Assembly: GCA_009694805.1 (NCBI GenBank)
Contig: SICM01000004.1
Coordinates: forward strand, 635 to 64,634
DNA from: Candidatus Latescibacterota bacterium
GTDB taxonomy: Bacteria; Latescibacterota; UBA2968; SICM01
Length of the DNA: 64,000 nucleotides
Direction of reading: 5' to 3'
Made by a program: the position numbers and the translations under genes
In this document: positions 44,130 through 52,764 of the stretch, piece after piece
How the letters are laid out: every line of letters starts with the position of its first letter
Numbering within the stretch: position 1 is the first letter of the stretch
Notes under the pieces: generated by a model
The model's input: only the letters and a program-made list of their open reading frames with translations
The model's database searches: none
Told to the model about the DNA's origin: nothing

Positions 44130-45377
44130 ATGACCTACGAAACCCTCATCGCCCGCCGCTACCTCCGCTCCATCCGGGGCCGGGGCCGCATCTCGGTCAC
44201 GGCCTGGATCGCGGTGTTTGGCGTGGCCCTCGGCGTGGCCGCGCTCATCATCGTCCTCTCCGTGATGAACGGATTCGCCGGCGTCGTGCGGGACCGCCTC
44301 CTCGGCGTCAACGCCCACATCACCATCCGAAAAGTCTACGGAGCGCGAATCCCGGACTACGCCAGGGTGACGAAGGCCGTCGCCGGGGCAGACCCTGCCA
44401 TCCTGGGCGCCTCCCCCTTTGTTCAGAGCGAAGGGATGCTCTGCGCCAAGGAGCGTATCGCAGGCGCGATCATCCGGGGCTTGGACCCGGCCTCCCTGGG
44501 GACGGTGAGCGATCTGATGCACTACACGGACGAGAAGACGCTGGACCTGAAGGATCGGATGGTGGAGGGTCGGCCGGTGGGAGGCATGGCCATCGGGCGA
44601 TACCTGGCCGACAGATTGGGCGTGGAGCCTGGCGGGGAGGTCTTTCTGCTGGTGCCGGAATTTTCGTCTGTGGGCGCGCCGGTCACCCCCCGCTACTGGA
44701 GGTTCATCGTGACCGGCATCTTCAACACGGGCTATTACGAGTTCGATTCCGGCCTGGTGATCGTGTCCATCCAGGCCGCGCAGCGCATCCTCGGCTGGGG
44801 GGACGAGGTGTCGGGCATCCGCGTGAAGGTGAGGGACCCCCTCGACGCCGACGCCGTGGCCAGGGCCATCCGGAGCACCCTGCAGCCCATCGACGCCGGC
44901 CTCTACGCCGCCTCGTGGGTCAGGGAGAACGGCAATCTGTTCGTCTGGATCAGGCTGGAGAAATGGTTCAGCTTCCTGGCCCTCAGCCTGATCGTGCTCG
45001 TGGCCTCGTTCAACATCATGAGCATCCTGTCCATGATCGTCATGGACAAGCGGCGGGAGATCGGCATCCTGAAGACCATGGGGGCCACCCGGAAGAGCCT
45101 CCAGCGCATCTTCACACGCATCGGGTTGATCATCGGACTGTCCGGCGTGGCCCTCGGGGACCTGATCGGTTTCACCCTCTGCTATCTCCAGCAGCGCTAT
45201 GAGTTGATCGCCCTGCCGGGGGACGTCTACATCATCAGCGCCCTGCCCGTCGACATGCACGCTGCCGACTTCGGTGCCATCTCCGGAATCGCCCTCGTCA
45301 TCTGCTACCTGATGGCCCGCTTCCCCGCCCGCAGCGCCGCCGCCCTGGAGCCGGTGGAGGCGATCCGGTACGAGTGA
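44130..45377 (+). CDS. ABC transporter permease, LolC/LolE (FtsX/MacB-type) family
   Basis: MTYETLIARRYLRS... and C-terminal FtsX-like 3-TM region. No adjacent ATPase. Confidence 0.85.
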   Translation: MTYETLIARRYLRSIRGRGRISVTAWIAVFGVALGVAALIIVLSVMNGFAGVVRDRLLGVNAHITIRKVYGARIPDYARVTKAVAGADPAILGASPFVQSEGMLCAKERIAGAIIRGLDPASLGTVSDLMHYTDEKTLDLKDRMVEGRPVGGMAIGRYLADRLGVEPGGEVFLLVPEFSSVGAPVTPRYWRFIVTGIFNTGYYEFDSGLVIVSIQAAQRILGWGDEVSGIRVKVRDPLDADAVARAIRSTLQPIDAGLYAASWVRENGNLFVWIRLEKWFSFLALSLIVLVASFNIMSILSMIVMDKRREIGILKTMGATRKSLQRIFTRIGLIIGLSGVALGDLIGFTLCYLQQRYELIALPGDVYIISALPVDMHAADFGAISGIALVICYLMARFPARSAAALEPVEAIRYE

Positions 45378-45398
45378 CGGACGAGGCTGTTCATGACC

Positions 45399-45422
45399 CA
45401 ATTTTGCGGACGTCCGCAAAAT
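45399..45422. promoter_or_regulatory. perfect 24-bp palindrome AATTTTGCGGAC|GTCCGCAAAATT
   Basis: Direct reading. Lies in the 129-bp convergent spacer between the LolE-like and SDR genes. Confidence 0.6.
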
Positions 45423-45452
45423 TCAACGATTGTCGCACAACAAGTTACAGGG

Positions 45453-45474
45453 CATTTTGCGCACACGCGCAAAA
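45453..45474. promoter_or_regulatory. related inverted repeat ATTTTGCGC-ACAC-GCGCAAAAT
   Basis: 9-bp arms sharing the ATTTTGCG half-site with 45399-45422. Both are followed by TTCAA. Confidence 0.55.
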
Positions 45475-45506
45475 TTCAAGGCTGTCATCCAGCGAGTGAC
45501 GCGGCC

Positions 45507-46295
45507 TTACGCCCACGCCCCCTTCGCCATCAGCCCCCCGTCCACGCACACGTACTCCCCGGTCATGAACGACGCCCGGTCGCTCGCCAGGAACAGCACG
45601 ACCTCCGCGATCTCCTCCGGCCTCCCGATCCGCCCGATGGGGTGCGCCGCGTCCAGCCTGGCCCGGACCACCTCCTCCTTCTCCGTGGAGGTGCGGATGC
45701 TCGCCTCCAGCATCGGCGTGTCGATGGCCCCCGGGCAGATGGCCAGCACACGGATGCCGTCCGGCGCATAGTCCAGCGCAAGCTGCCGGGTCAGGGACAG
45801 CACCCCGCCCTTGCTGGCCGCGTAGGCCGGGACCTGATGCGCGGACTGGAGCCCCTGTACGCTGGCCGTGTTGAGGATCACCCCGCCCTTCCGCTTCCGC
45901 ATCTCAGGGATGCAATATTTGCTCATGAGAAAATGGCTCTTCAGGTTCACGTCCAGAATGCGGTCCCACATCTCCTCCGGGCATTCGTGCGCCATCAGAT
46001 AGCTGTCCGTCGGCTGGATGCCCACGTTGTTGAACAGGACATCCACGCCCCCAAAGGCCGAGACCGCCTCCGCCACCAGCGCCCGGCACGCCTCCGCGTC
46101 GGCCACATCCGCTTTCCGGAACAGCGATACCCCGGCCAGTTCGGCGGCCTCCTGCGCGACCTGCTCTCCGGCGGCCGCATCCACGTCCGCGCAGACCACC
46201 GCCGCACCCTCCCGCGCGAACGCCAGACAGCTCGCCCGGCCGATGCCCTTGGCCCCGCCGGTCACGATGACGACCTTATCCTTGAACGTCTCCAG
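45507..46295 (-). CDS. SDR family oxidoreductase (probable CTG start)
   Basis: TGGAKGIGRA, NNVG, YxxxK (YAASKGG) motifs. The beta-1 strand KVVIV lies upstream of the only canonical start (GTG 46265). Confidence 0.78.
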   Translation of the reverse strand: METFKDKVVIVTGGAKGIGRASCLAFAREGAAVVCADVDAAAGEQVAQEAAELAGVSLFRKADVADAEACRALVAEAVSAFGGVDVLFNNVGIQPTDSYLMAHECPEEMWDRILDVNLKSHFLMSKYCIPEMRKRKGGVILNTASVQGLQSAHQVPAYAASKGGVLSLTRQLALDYAPDGIRVLAICPGAIDTPMLEASIRTSTEKEEVVRARLDAAHPIGRIGRPEEIAEVVLFLASDRASFMTGEYVCVDGGLMAKGAWA

Positions 46296-46403
46296 GTCGC
46301 TCTCCTCATTCCTATATCCTGCCCATCCCTTCGACCACCCAACCTGTCGCTCCCATCAGGTCGCGACCCTCCACCCTGCTCAGGACAAGCCTGTGCATCC
46401 CTG

Positions 46404-47705
46404 TTAAGCCTTCTTCACCGCCTCCCGCACCGCCTCCACCAGCCGTTCCCCCCCATCCTTCTCCTCGACCCTCGCCACCGCCTCGATGATCCGCTCCGCC
46501 GCGTCTCCCCCGATCACCGGCCCGGTCAACCACCGGAACTTCGCCTCCACCTCCTCGTCCGACAGCGGCGTGTGCGCATCTCCCCTGGCCGGAATCAGGT
46601 CACTCCTGAACCATCGCCCGTCCATCGTCTCAACCTCCACCCACGCCAGCGCCTCCGCCGGAAACCGCGCCTGGATCTCCGCCTCGACCACCGCCTCCAC
46701 GACGCCCGCGACCCGCTGCATCACCCTGTCCGTCAGCGCCTCCTCCCCCACCTGCCGGGGTCCGACTTCACCCTGGACCAGCGCCGCCGCAATCGGCCAC
46801 GACAGGTGGTACTGCGCCTCCTCAGGCGTGCGGGGCGGCGTCTTCTGCAGATCCGCCGCCTCGCGGAACGTGTGGACCACGATCCGCTTCGCATCGCCGT
46901 GCGTCAGCCCGTGTCGCCGTTGGAGCCCCAGCACGGCATCCACCGCCGGCTGCGCCCACCGGCAGCAGGCGTAGGGCTTGAAGTACAGGTCGAGGACCCG
47001 CCAGCGCATCCCCAGGTCCGTAATCAGATCCCCATTCTCCGGCTCATCCAGCAGACACGGGATGCCCGTGAACCCCTTCTCGGCCAGGCCCACGGCGCAC
47101 GCCCCCCAGCCGATCCCGTCCTTCGTCATCGCCGGGTGCGCCAGGCAGCGCTCCATGGGCGACAGCGCCGCGTGATACTCCGCCAGCCCCAGCGCCCACC
47201 CCATCCGCTCCGCGTCCAGCCCCGCGATCCGTCCGATGCACGCCGCCGCGCCCAGCGCGCCCCACGACCCGGAGGCGTGATAGTGCGCGTAATGGCGGTG
47301 CGTCGCGACCCCGGCCCGCGTCGCGACCTCGTAGCCCGCGGCCACGGCGCATAGTAAATCCCCTGCCCCGCAGGCCTCGCACGCCGCCAGCGCCGGCATG
47401 ATCACGAACCCGCCCGGATGCCCCTTCACCTGCCGGTACCCGTCGTCGATGTCGTACGCGTTCGCCGCCACGACGTTGGCCAGCACAGCAGGGGCCAGCG
47501 CCAGCCGCCGCCCGGACGCCAGGACCGTCGCCGGGCCGTCCCGCCCCATCTCCTCCGCAAACGCCGCCGCGATCTGCCCCGTCCGGGTCCGCGACCCCGC
47601 GACCGCCGCCCCGACCCCGTCCAGCAGACAGCGCCTGATCTGCCGACGCACGGCCTCCGGCAGATCCTCATATTTCAGGCGGAGAATCCATTCGGCTACA
47701 TTCAC
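46404..47705 (-). CDS. MmgE/PrpD family protein (2-methylcitrate-dehydratase-like)
   Basis: VNVAEWILRLKYEDLPEAV...LLDGVGAAVAG N-terminus typical of the family. GTG 47705 overlaps the upstream stop as GTGA. Confidence 0.78.
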   Translation of the reverse strand: MNVAEWILRLKYEDLPEAVRRQIRRCLLDGVGAAVAGSRTRTGQIAAAFAEEMGRDGPATVLASGRRLALAPAVLANVVAANAYDIDDGYRQVKGHPGGFVIMPALAACEACGAGDLLCAVAAGYEVATRAGVATHRHYAHYHASGSWGALGAAACIGRIAGLDAERMGWALGLAEYHAALSPMERCLAHPAMTKDGIGWGACAVGLAEKGFTGIPCLLDEPENGDLITDLGMRWRVLDLYFKPYACCRWAQPAVDAVLGLQRRHGLTHGDAKRIVVHTFREAADLQKTPPRTPEEAQYHLSWPIAAALVQGEVGPRQVGEEALTDRVMQRVAGVVEAVVEAEIQARFPAEALAWVEVETMDGRWFRSDLIPARGDAHTPLSDEEVEAKFRWLTGPVIGGDAAERIIEAVARVEEKDGGERLVEAVREAVKKA

Positions 47706-48802
47706 AGACACGCCTCGTACACCGCCTGCGTCTCCTCGGCCATCCGGGACGCCGAAAAACACGCCTCGGCCCGCGCCCGTCCCCGCCGACCCATCGCCTC
47801 CCCCCTCGCCGGGTCGCGCAGCAGGCCGATCAGCGCGTCCGCGAGACACGCCACATCCCCCACCGGCACGAGGACCCCCGTCTCCCCATCGGCCACCGCC
47901 TCCGGCACCCCGTCCACCGCCGACGCCACCACGGGCAGGCCGCACGCCATCGCCTCCAGGGCGACCAGCGGAAGTCCTTCGTAGACCGACGGCAGCGCCA
48001 GGACCTGCGCCCCCCGCATCAGATCATGCACGTCCCGCCGCTCGCCGGCGAAGATAATCCGCTCCCCCACGCCCGACGCCTGTCCCATCCGTTCCAGCTC
48101 CCCCCGCAGTGGCCCGTCTCCCACAATCAGAAACCCCGCGTCCGGCACGGCCCGGACCACCTCCGGTGCGGCCTGGATCAGCGTATCCAGCCCCTTCTGA
48201 GGCGTCAGCCGCCCGACTGCGATCACGACCCTCAACCCCTTCATGGCCTCATGCGCCACCCCGGGTCCCGGCGCGAACCGCTCCACCTCGATCCCGTTGC
48301 GGACCACCGTCAGCCCTCCCCGCCGCGCCCCGAAATGTCGGATCAGGAGATCCGCTCCCGCTTCGCAGACCGCGATGACCCGGTCCAGCGCCCCCATCAC
48401 AACGCGCTCCAGCAGCCGTCCCCCGACCGACGCCGTGCGCATCCTGGGCGGCAGGTGATAGGTCGCCACGAGTCTGGAAGTCCCCCGCGCCGCCAGGATG
48501 CTGTACTGGCCCTGATAGGCATTGAAGAGGTTGAAATGGATCAGATCCGCCCCGGCCTCCCGGAACAGCCGCCGCTGCCGCATCATCCCCCCCACGTCCC
48601 ACTTTCCCCGGACAGGCGCGACGAACCGCACCGCCACGTCCCGATCTCGGGCCGTCTCGACCAGCGTCTCCGGCGTGTCCGGATGGCAGAACAGCGTGGG
48701 TGTGAACCGGCGTCGGTCCATCCGCGCCCACAGGATCGCCAGGTAGCGTTCCGCCCCCCCGAAGGTGACGGCCTCGGAGACATAGAGGATACGATGAGGC
48801 AT
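47702..48802 (-). CDS. glycosyltransferase family 4
   Basis: ILYVSEAVTFGGAERY N-terminus and EGLPLVALEAMACGLPVVAS C-terminal motif. Confidence 0.85.
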   Translation of the reverse strand: MPHRILYVSEAVTFGGAERYLAILWARMDRRRFTPTLFCHPDTPETLVETARDRDVAVRFVAPVRGKWDVGGMMRQRRLFREAGADLIHFNLFNAYQGQYSILAARGTSRLVATYHLPPRMRTASVGGRLLERVVMGALDRVIAVCEAGADLLIRHFGARRGGLTVVRNGIEVERFAPGPGVAHEAMKGLRVVIAVGRLTPQKGLDTLIQAAPEVVRAVPDAGFLIVGDGPLRGELERMGQASGVGERIIFAGERRDVHDLMRGAQVLALPSVYEGLPLVALEAMACGLPVVASAVDGVPEAVADGETGVLVPVGDVACLADALIGLLRDPARGEAMGRRGRARAEACFSASRMAEETQAVYEACL

Positions 48803-48822
48803 GAAGATGAGGAATGAGTTCA

Positions 48823-48935
48823 GCCCTCACCCCGTCAGGCTATGCCTGCCACCCCTCTCCCTGCCTGCCCTGAGCGGAGCGGCGCTTTCGCGCCGCGCAG
48901 TCGAAGGGTGGGAGAGGGGCCGAGGGTGAGGGCCG
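48823..48935 (-). repeat. GCCCTCACCC ... GGGTGAGGGC nested hairpin element, long-loop variant
   Basis: Outer 10-bp stem and inner CCCCTCTCCC/GGGAGAGGGG stem. The reverse complement of the loop aligns with 22250-22300. Confidence 0.85.
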
Positions 48936-48936
48936 C

Positions 48937-49006
48937 GTTTGCCGTCTGCCGCTTGCCGCCTGCCTTCTGCCTTCTGTCTTTTGCCGTCTGCCGTCTGCCG
49001 TCTCAC
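48937..49006. repeat. heptamer array (nnCTGCC) x10
   Basis: gtttgcc gtctgcc gcttgcc gcctgcc ttctgcc ttctgtc ttttgcc gtctgcc gtctgcc gtctcac. Confidence 0.88.
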
Positions 49007-49737
49007 GTCCCCTTCCGCCCCACGCAGAACACCGAACTCCCGAACGGAAACGAGGACCGGGCCACCCACCGGTTCTCCACGGCAAGGAGTCGCCGGAGCA
49101 GCGCGTTCAACAGGCCGGGCGTCTTCTGAACGTCCGAGACCTCTCCGGCCCTCCGGGAGCGCAGGAGGCGAACCAGGCAGATCAGCGGGAACAGCAGGGC
49201 GTTCCAGTACGTGGCCTTCAGCACGGAGAACCCGGCCTCCTGGAGCAACGCGACGACCTCCGGCCTTCGATACCGGTGCCGGGTGTGGACCGCCCGGTCG
49301 TGCGAACTCCTCATGAACTCAAACGCCGGGAGGTTGAGCGCCAGCACCCCGCCCGGCTTGAGGACGCGAAAGAACTCCCGCAACGCCCGTCGGTCGTCCA
49401 CCCCCTCGATGTAGAGCACGTCCAGAGAGGTCACGGCATCGAATGCCCCGTCCCGGAACGGCAGGCCCTCCACGGAGGCCCGCGCCACCGGGAGCGGTTC
49501 AGCGCTCCGCAGATAGCGGATCGCGTCCGGAGAGAGGTCCACCCCGCAGGTCCTGAGCGTCTTCGAACGCCGACTCAAATACCGCAACAGCCCCCCGGTC
49601 CCGCACCCCGCATCCAGCACCCGCTCCCCGTCCGGACAGTACTGGCGAAGACTCCGTAACGTCAGCTCCCGCAGGCCGAGGAACCACCAGTGGGTGTCCT
49701 CCACCTCGGCCATGACCCTGTATTCACGGGGCTCCAT
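49003..49737 (-). CDS. class I SAM-dependent methyltransferase
   Basis: VLDAGCGTGGLLRYL motif I. Its stop lies inside a heptamer array. Confidence 0.8.
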   Translation of the reverse strand: MEPREYRVMAEVEDTHWWFLGLRELTLRSLRQYCPDGERVLDAGCGTGGLLRYLSRRSKTLRTCGVDLSPDAIRYLRSAEPLPVARASVEGLPFRDGAFDAVTSLDVLYIEGVDDRRALREFFRVLKPGGVLALNLPAFEFMRSSHDRAVHTRHRYRRPEVVALLQEAGFSVLKATYWNALLFPLICLVRLLRSRRAGEVSDVQKTPGLLNALLRRLLAVENRWVARSSFPFGSSVFCVGRKGT

Positions 49738-49751
49738 ATTCCGCCCAAAAA

Positions 49752-49816
49752 AGTCCAGAGTTCAGAGTCCAGAGTCATAGGCTTTGACCCTGGACCCCGG
49801 ACTCTGGACCCGTGAC
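49752..49816. repeat. heptamer array pair: (AGTCCAG)x3 and (GACyCyG)x4
   Basis: agtccag agttcag agtccag agtc ... gaccctg gaccccg gactctg gacccgt. Confidence 0.85.
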
Positions 49817-50916
49817 TAACGACCCATAGCTTTCCGGACCGCCGCGATCACCGTTCCGACCTCCTCGTCCGTCAGTTCCGGAAAGCTCGGCAGGCTCACG
49901 ATCTGCGGGGCCATCAGATCCGTCTGCTCCAGATACCGCGCCTGCCCCTGCGTCTCGGCGTAGGCCTCCTGCCGATGGATCGGCACCGGATAGTGGATCA
50001 CCGTCTGAACCCCCGAAGCGAGCAGGCGCTCCTGGAACCGGTCGCGCCCCGAAACCCGCACCACGTACAGATGATAGTTGTGCCACCGGCCCGAAGCCTC
50101 GACCGGGCAGACCACGTCCGTGTCCGAAAGCCCCTTCGTGTAGGCCGCCGCGATCTCCCGCCGCCGCGCGTTCCACCCGTCCAGATGGGACAGCTTGGCC
50201 AGCAGGACCGCGGCCTGCAACTCGTCCAGCCGGCTGTTGAATCCCTTGACCTTGTGGTAGTACCGGCGCTCCTGGCCGTAGTTCCGGAGCTGCTTCAGTC
50301 GCTCCGCCAGCCCGGCGTCGTTCGTGGTGACCAGCCCCCCGTCCCCGACGGCCCCCAGGTTCTTGCTCGGGTAGAAGCTGAAACACCCCGTATCCCCCAT
50401 CGTCCCCGCCTTCCGGCCCCGGTACGTGGCCCCGTGCGCCTGGGCGCAGTCTTCGACCACGCGAAGCCCCCGGCGTCGCGCGATCTCCAGGATCGGGTCC
50501 ATGTCCGCGCACTGTCCGTACAGGTGGACCGGCAGGATCGCCCTTGTCCGATCCGTGATCCGATCCTCGATCTTCCCGGGGTCCATCGTATAGGTCACGG
50601 GGTCCGCGTCCACCAGCGCGGGGCTCGCCCCCGAGGACGACACCGCCGACAGCGTGGGCACACAGGTGTTGGACACCGTGATCACCTCGTCCCCCGGCCC
50701 CACGCCGCAGGCCACCAGGCTCAGGTGGAGGGCGTCCACCCCTGACCCCACGCCCACGGCATACTTCGCCCCGCAATACTGCGCGAACGCCGTCTCAAAC
50801 TGCTCGACCTTCTCGCCCAGGACGTACCACCCCCGCGCCAGGACCTGGGCCACGGCCCCGTCGATCTCCGACTGCATCCCCCGGTACTGCCTGGCAAGAT
50901 CACCGAACGGTATCAT
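49816..50916 (-). CDS. DegT/DnrJ/EryC1/StrS family sugar aminotransferase
   Basis: MIPFGDLARQY..., SFYPSKNLGA PLP-lysine motif. ATGA overlap with the upstream gene. Confidence 0.9.
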   Translation of the reverse strand: MIPFGDLARQYRGMQSEIDGAVAQVLARGWYVLGEKVEQFETAFAQYCGAKYAVGVGSGVDALHLSLVACGVGPGDEVITVSNTCVPTLSAVSSSGASPALVDADPVTYTMDPGKIEDRITDRTRAILPVHLYGQCADMDPILEIARRRGLRVVEDCAQAHGATYRGRKAGTMGDTGCFSFYPSKNLGAVGDGGLVTTNDAGLAERLKQLRNYGQERRYYHKVKGFNSRLDELQAAVLLAKLSHLDGWNARRREIAAAYTKGLSDTDVVCPVEASGRWHNYHLYVVRVSGRDRFQERLLASGVQTVIHYPVPIHRQEAYAETQGQARYLEQTDLMAPQIVSLPSFPELTDEEVGTVIAAVRKAMGR

Positions 50917-51920
50917 TCGGACGGCTCCCAGTAGTGAACGGCGTGCTGCGTGTAATACGCCAGCGTGCGCCTCAGCGTCTCCCGCAGCGGGACCCCCGGC
51001 GTCCACCCCAGCGCCTGGCGGATGGCCGTGTAGTCGCCGTAGTAATGGCCGATGTCGATCGCCTTCCGGTCCGCCGGGAACGGCACGATCCGGAACGTCC
51101 CTTTTTCGTGGATCTCCACCAGAAGCGCGGCCAGGTCCTTCAGGTTGATCACCTCCGCGCTGCCCAGGTTGAACACCTTGCCGTTCGCCCCCTCGTGGGC
51201 CGCCGCCAGCAGAAAGGCCTCCACCGCGTCGTCCACATCGTTGAAGTCGCGCAACTGCGTCCCGTCCCCGAACACCTGGATGTCCTTTCCCTCGATGACC
51301 TGCCGGATCCACCATCCCAGAAAGGTCTGCCGTGCGTCCTTCACCCGCATGCGCGGCCCGATGGTGTTCGTCAGCCTCAGCGCGCACGCCCGGATCCCGT
51401 AGACGTTGTTGTACACGATGTGATACCACTCCCCGGCCATCTTGTTGACCCCGTTGACATCGGTGGGGTGCAACAGGTGCTTCTCGTCCACCGGCAGGTA
51501 GTCCGGCGTCCCGTAGATCTGCCGCGTGCTGGCGAACACCACCTTGATGCCGGGGTTGTATCGACGACACGCCTCCAGGATGGAGAGCTGGGCGCGGCAG
51601 TTGATCTCCAGGTCCGTGTACGGCTCCCGCATCGAATCGATATGGCTGGTCTGCCCCGCCAGGTTGAACAGGTAGTCCTGCCCCTGGACCAGGTAGTTCA
51701 TGCTATACTGGTCCCGAACGTCGGCGATGTTCACCCGCACCCGGTCCTCGATCCCCGCGAGGTTGAACAGGTTCCCCCCGTACTCGGGGATCAGGGAGTC
51801 CACGAGCGCCACCTCGGCCCCGGCGTCCACCAGCCGGCGGGCCAGCGTGGACCCGATGAAGCCCAGTCCCCCCGTGATCAGGACCCGTTTCCCCTGGAAT
51901 GTCGATCCGTAGGATGCCAT
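50913..51920 (-). CDS. NAD-dependent nucleotide-sugar epimerase/dehydratase
   Basis: VLITGGLGFIGS Rossmann motif, extended-SDR length. Confidence 0.88.
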   Translation of the reverse strand: MASYGSTFQGKRVLITGGLGFIGSTLARRLVDAGAEVALVDSLIPEYGGNLFNLAGIEDRVRVNIADVRDQYSMNYLVQGQDYLFNLAGQTSHIDSMREPYTDLEINCRAQLSILEACRRYNPGIKVVFASTRQIYGTPDYLPVDEKHLLHPTDVNGVNKMAGEWYHIVYNNVYGIRACALRLTNTIGPRMRVKDARQTFLGWWIRQVIEGKDIQVFGDGTQLRDFNDVDDAVEAFLLAAAHEGANGKVFNLGSAEVINLKDLAALLVEIHEKGTFRIVPFPADRKAIDIGHYYGDYTAIRQALGWTPGVPLRETLRRTLAYYTQHAVHYWEPSE

Positions 51921-51984
51921 GAATCATCCACTCCTGGCCACAACAAAACAAGAAAAGCACCACATCAAATGCGTAGAGATTTTA

Positions 51985-52015
51985 CTTGGCACGTGACACT
52001 TGACACTTGACACTC
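51985..52015. repeat. heptamer array (CTTGACA-like) x4
   Basis: cttggca cgtgaca cttgaca cttgaca, same word family as 16851-16930. Confidence 0.8.
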
Positions 52016-52764
52016 TATTCACGGGTCTGCTCGATCTCCTCCCGGTGCGCGATGGCGACGGGGGTATTCCGCCGGACCATCAACCTCCACCAGAGCCTGA
52101 AGATGTTCATCCCCGTGGCGAACAGCCTCCGGAAGTTGAAAAACTGGGAGCGCCCGTAGGTCCGGTGATAGTGGTGTACGGGAAACTCCACGAACCGGTA
52201 CCCCGCCAGTTCCAGCTTCTTCACCAGCTCCAGACAGATGACCCCGCTGGTGTGCTCCAGATGGATGCTCTGCACGGCCTCCCGCCGGATCAGACGGAAA
52301 TCGCAGTCCACGTCCCGCACGTGGAAGTTGAACAGCAGGCGCATCAGTCGCATGTAGGTCGTGCCGATCACGATGCGGTGCAGCGGGTCCGACCGCGAGA
52401 TTTTGTACCCGTTGACCACGTCCACCCCCTCCTGCATGATCGGCAGGAGCCTGCGCAGCTCAAACACGTTGTACTGACCGTCCCCGTCCGTGTAGAACAC
52501 GTAGTCCTTGCTGGCCGTGCGAAACCCGGACTGCAGGGCCCCGCCGTAACCCCGGTTGACCTCGTGGAACACCAGCTTCAGCTTCGGGTACCGCTCCTGG
52601 AGGCTCACCAGCAATTCGCGGCTGCTGTCCCGGCTCCCGTCGTCCACCACGATGATCTCATAATCAGCGGTGAATTCTTGAGCAACCGTGTCCGCCTGGG
52701 CGACCATGCTCCCGATGGTCCCCGCATCGTTATAGCAGGGGAAGAAGACGCTCAATGACGGCAT
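52015..52764 (-). CDS. glycosyltransferase family 2, polyprenyl-phosphate sugar synthase-like (GtrB/DPM1-like)
   Basis: SVFFPCYNDAG...IIVVDDGSRDSS...YTDGDGQY...DCDFRL pattern. ATG 52764. Confidence 0.82.
   Translation of the reverse strand: MPSLSVFFPCYNDAGTIGSMVAQADTVAQEFTADYEIIVVDDGSRDSSRELLVSLQERYPKLKLVFHEVNRGYGGALQSGFRTASKDYVFYTDGDGQYNVFELRRLLPIMQEGVDVVNGYKISRSDPLHRIVIGTTYMRLMRLLFNFHVRDVDCDFRLIRREAVQSIHLEHTSGVICLELVKKLELAGYRFVEFPVHHYHRTYGRSQFFNFRRLFATGMNIFRLWWRLMVRRNTPVAIAHREEIEQTRE

Noticed and set aside
45399-45474. Twin palindromes as bidirectional intrinsic terminators.
   Set aside because: On both strands the T-run is 5' and the A-run is 3' of the GC stem, the opposite of terminator geometry. 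They are kept as a regulatory or binding-site candidate instead.
43014-47354. An 801-aa minus ORF (43014..45419) and a 653-aa plus ORF (45393..47354), among other long antisense ORFs (18819..20687, 62372..63793, 28791..30233, 58015..59139).
   Set aside because: All lie antisense to genes with recognisable domains. Their composition is Arg/Pro/Gly-dominated and they have no SD-linked starts.
48937-49006. CRISPR array hypothesis for the tandem heptamer and decamer arrays.
   Set aside because: The units are 7-10 nt with no unique spacers, the arrays are 80 nt or shorter, and there are no cas genes in the window. They are short tandem repeats, not CRISPR.
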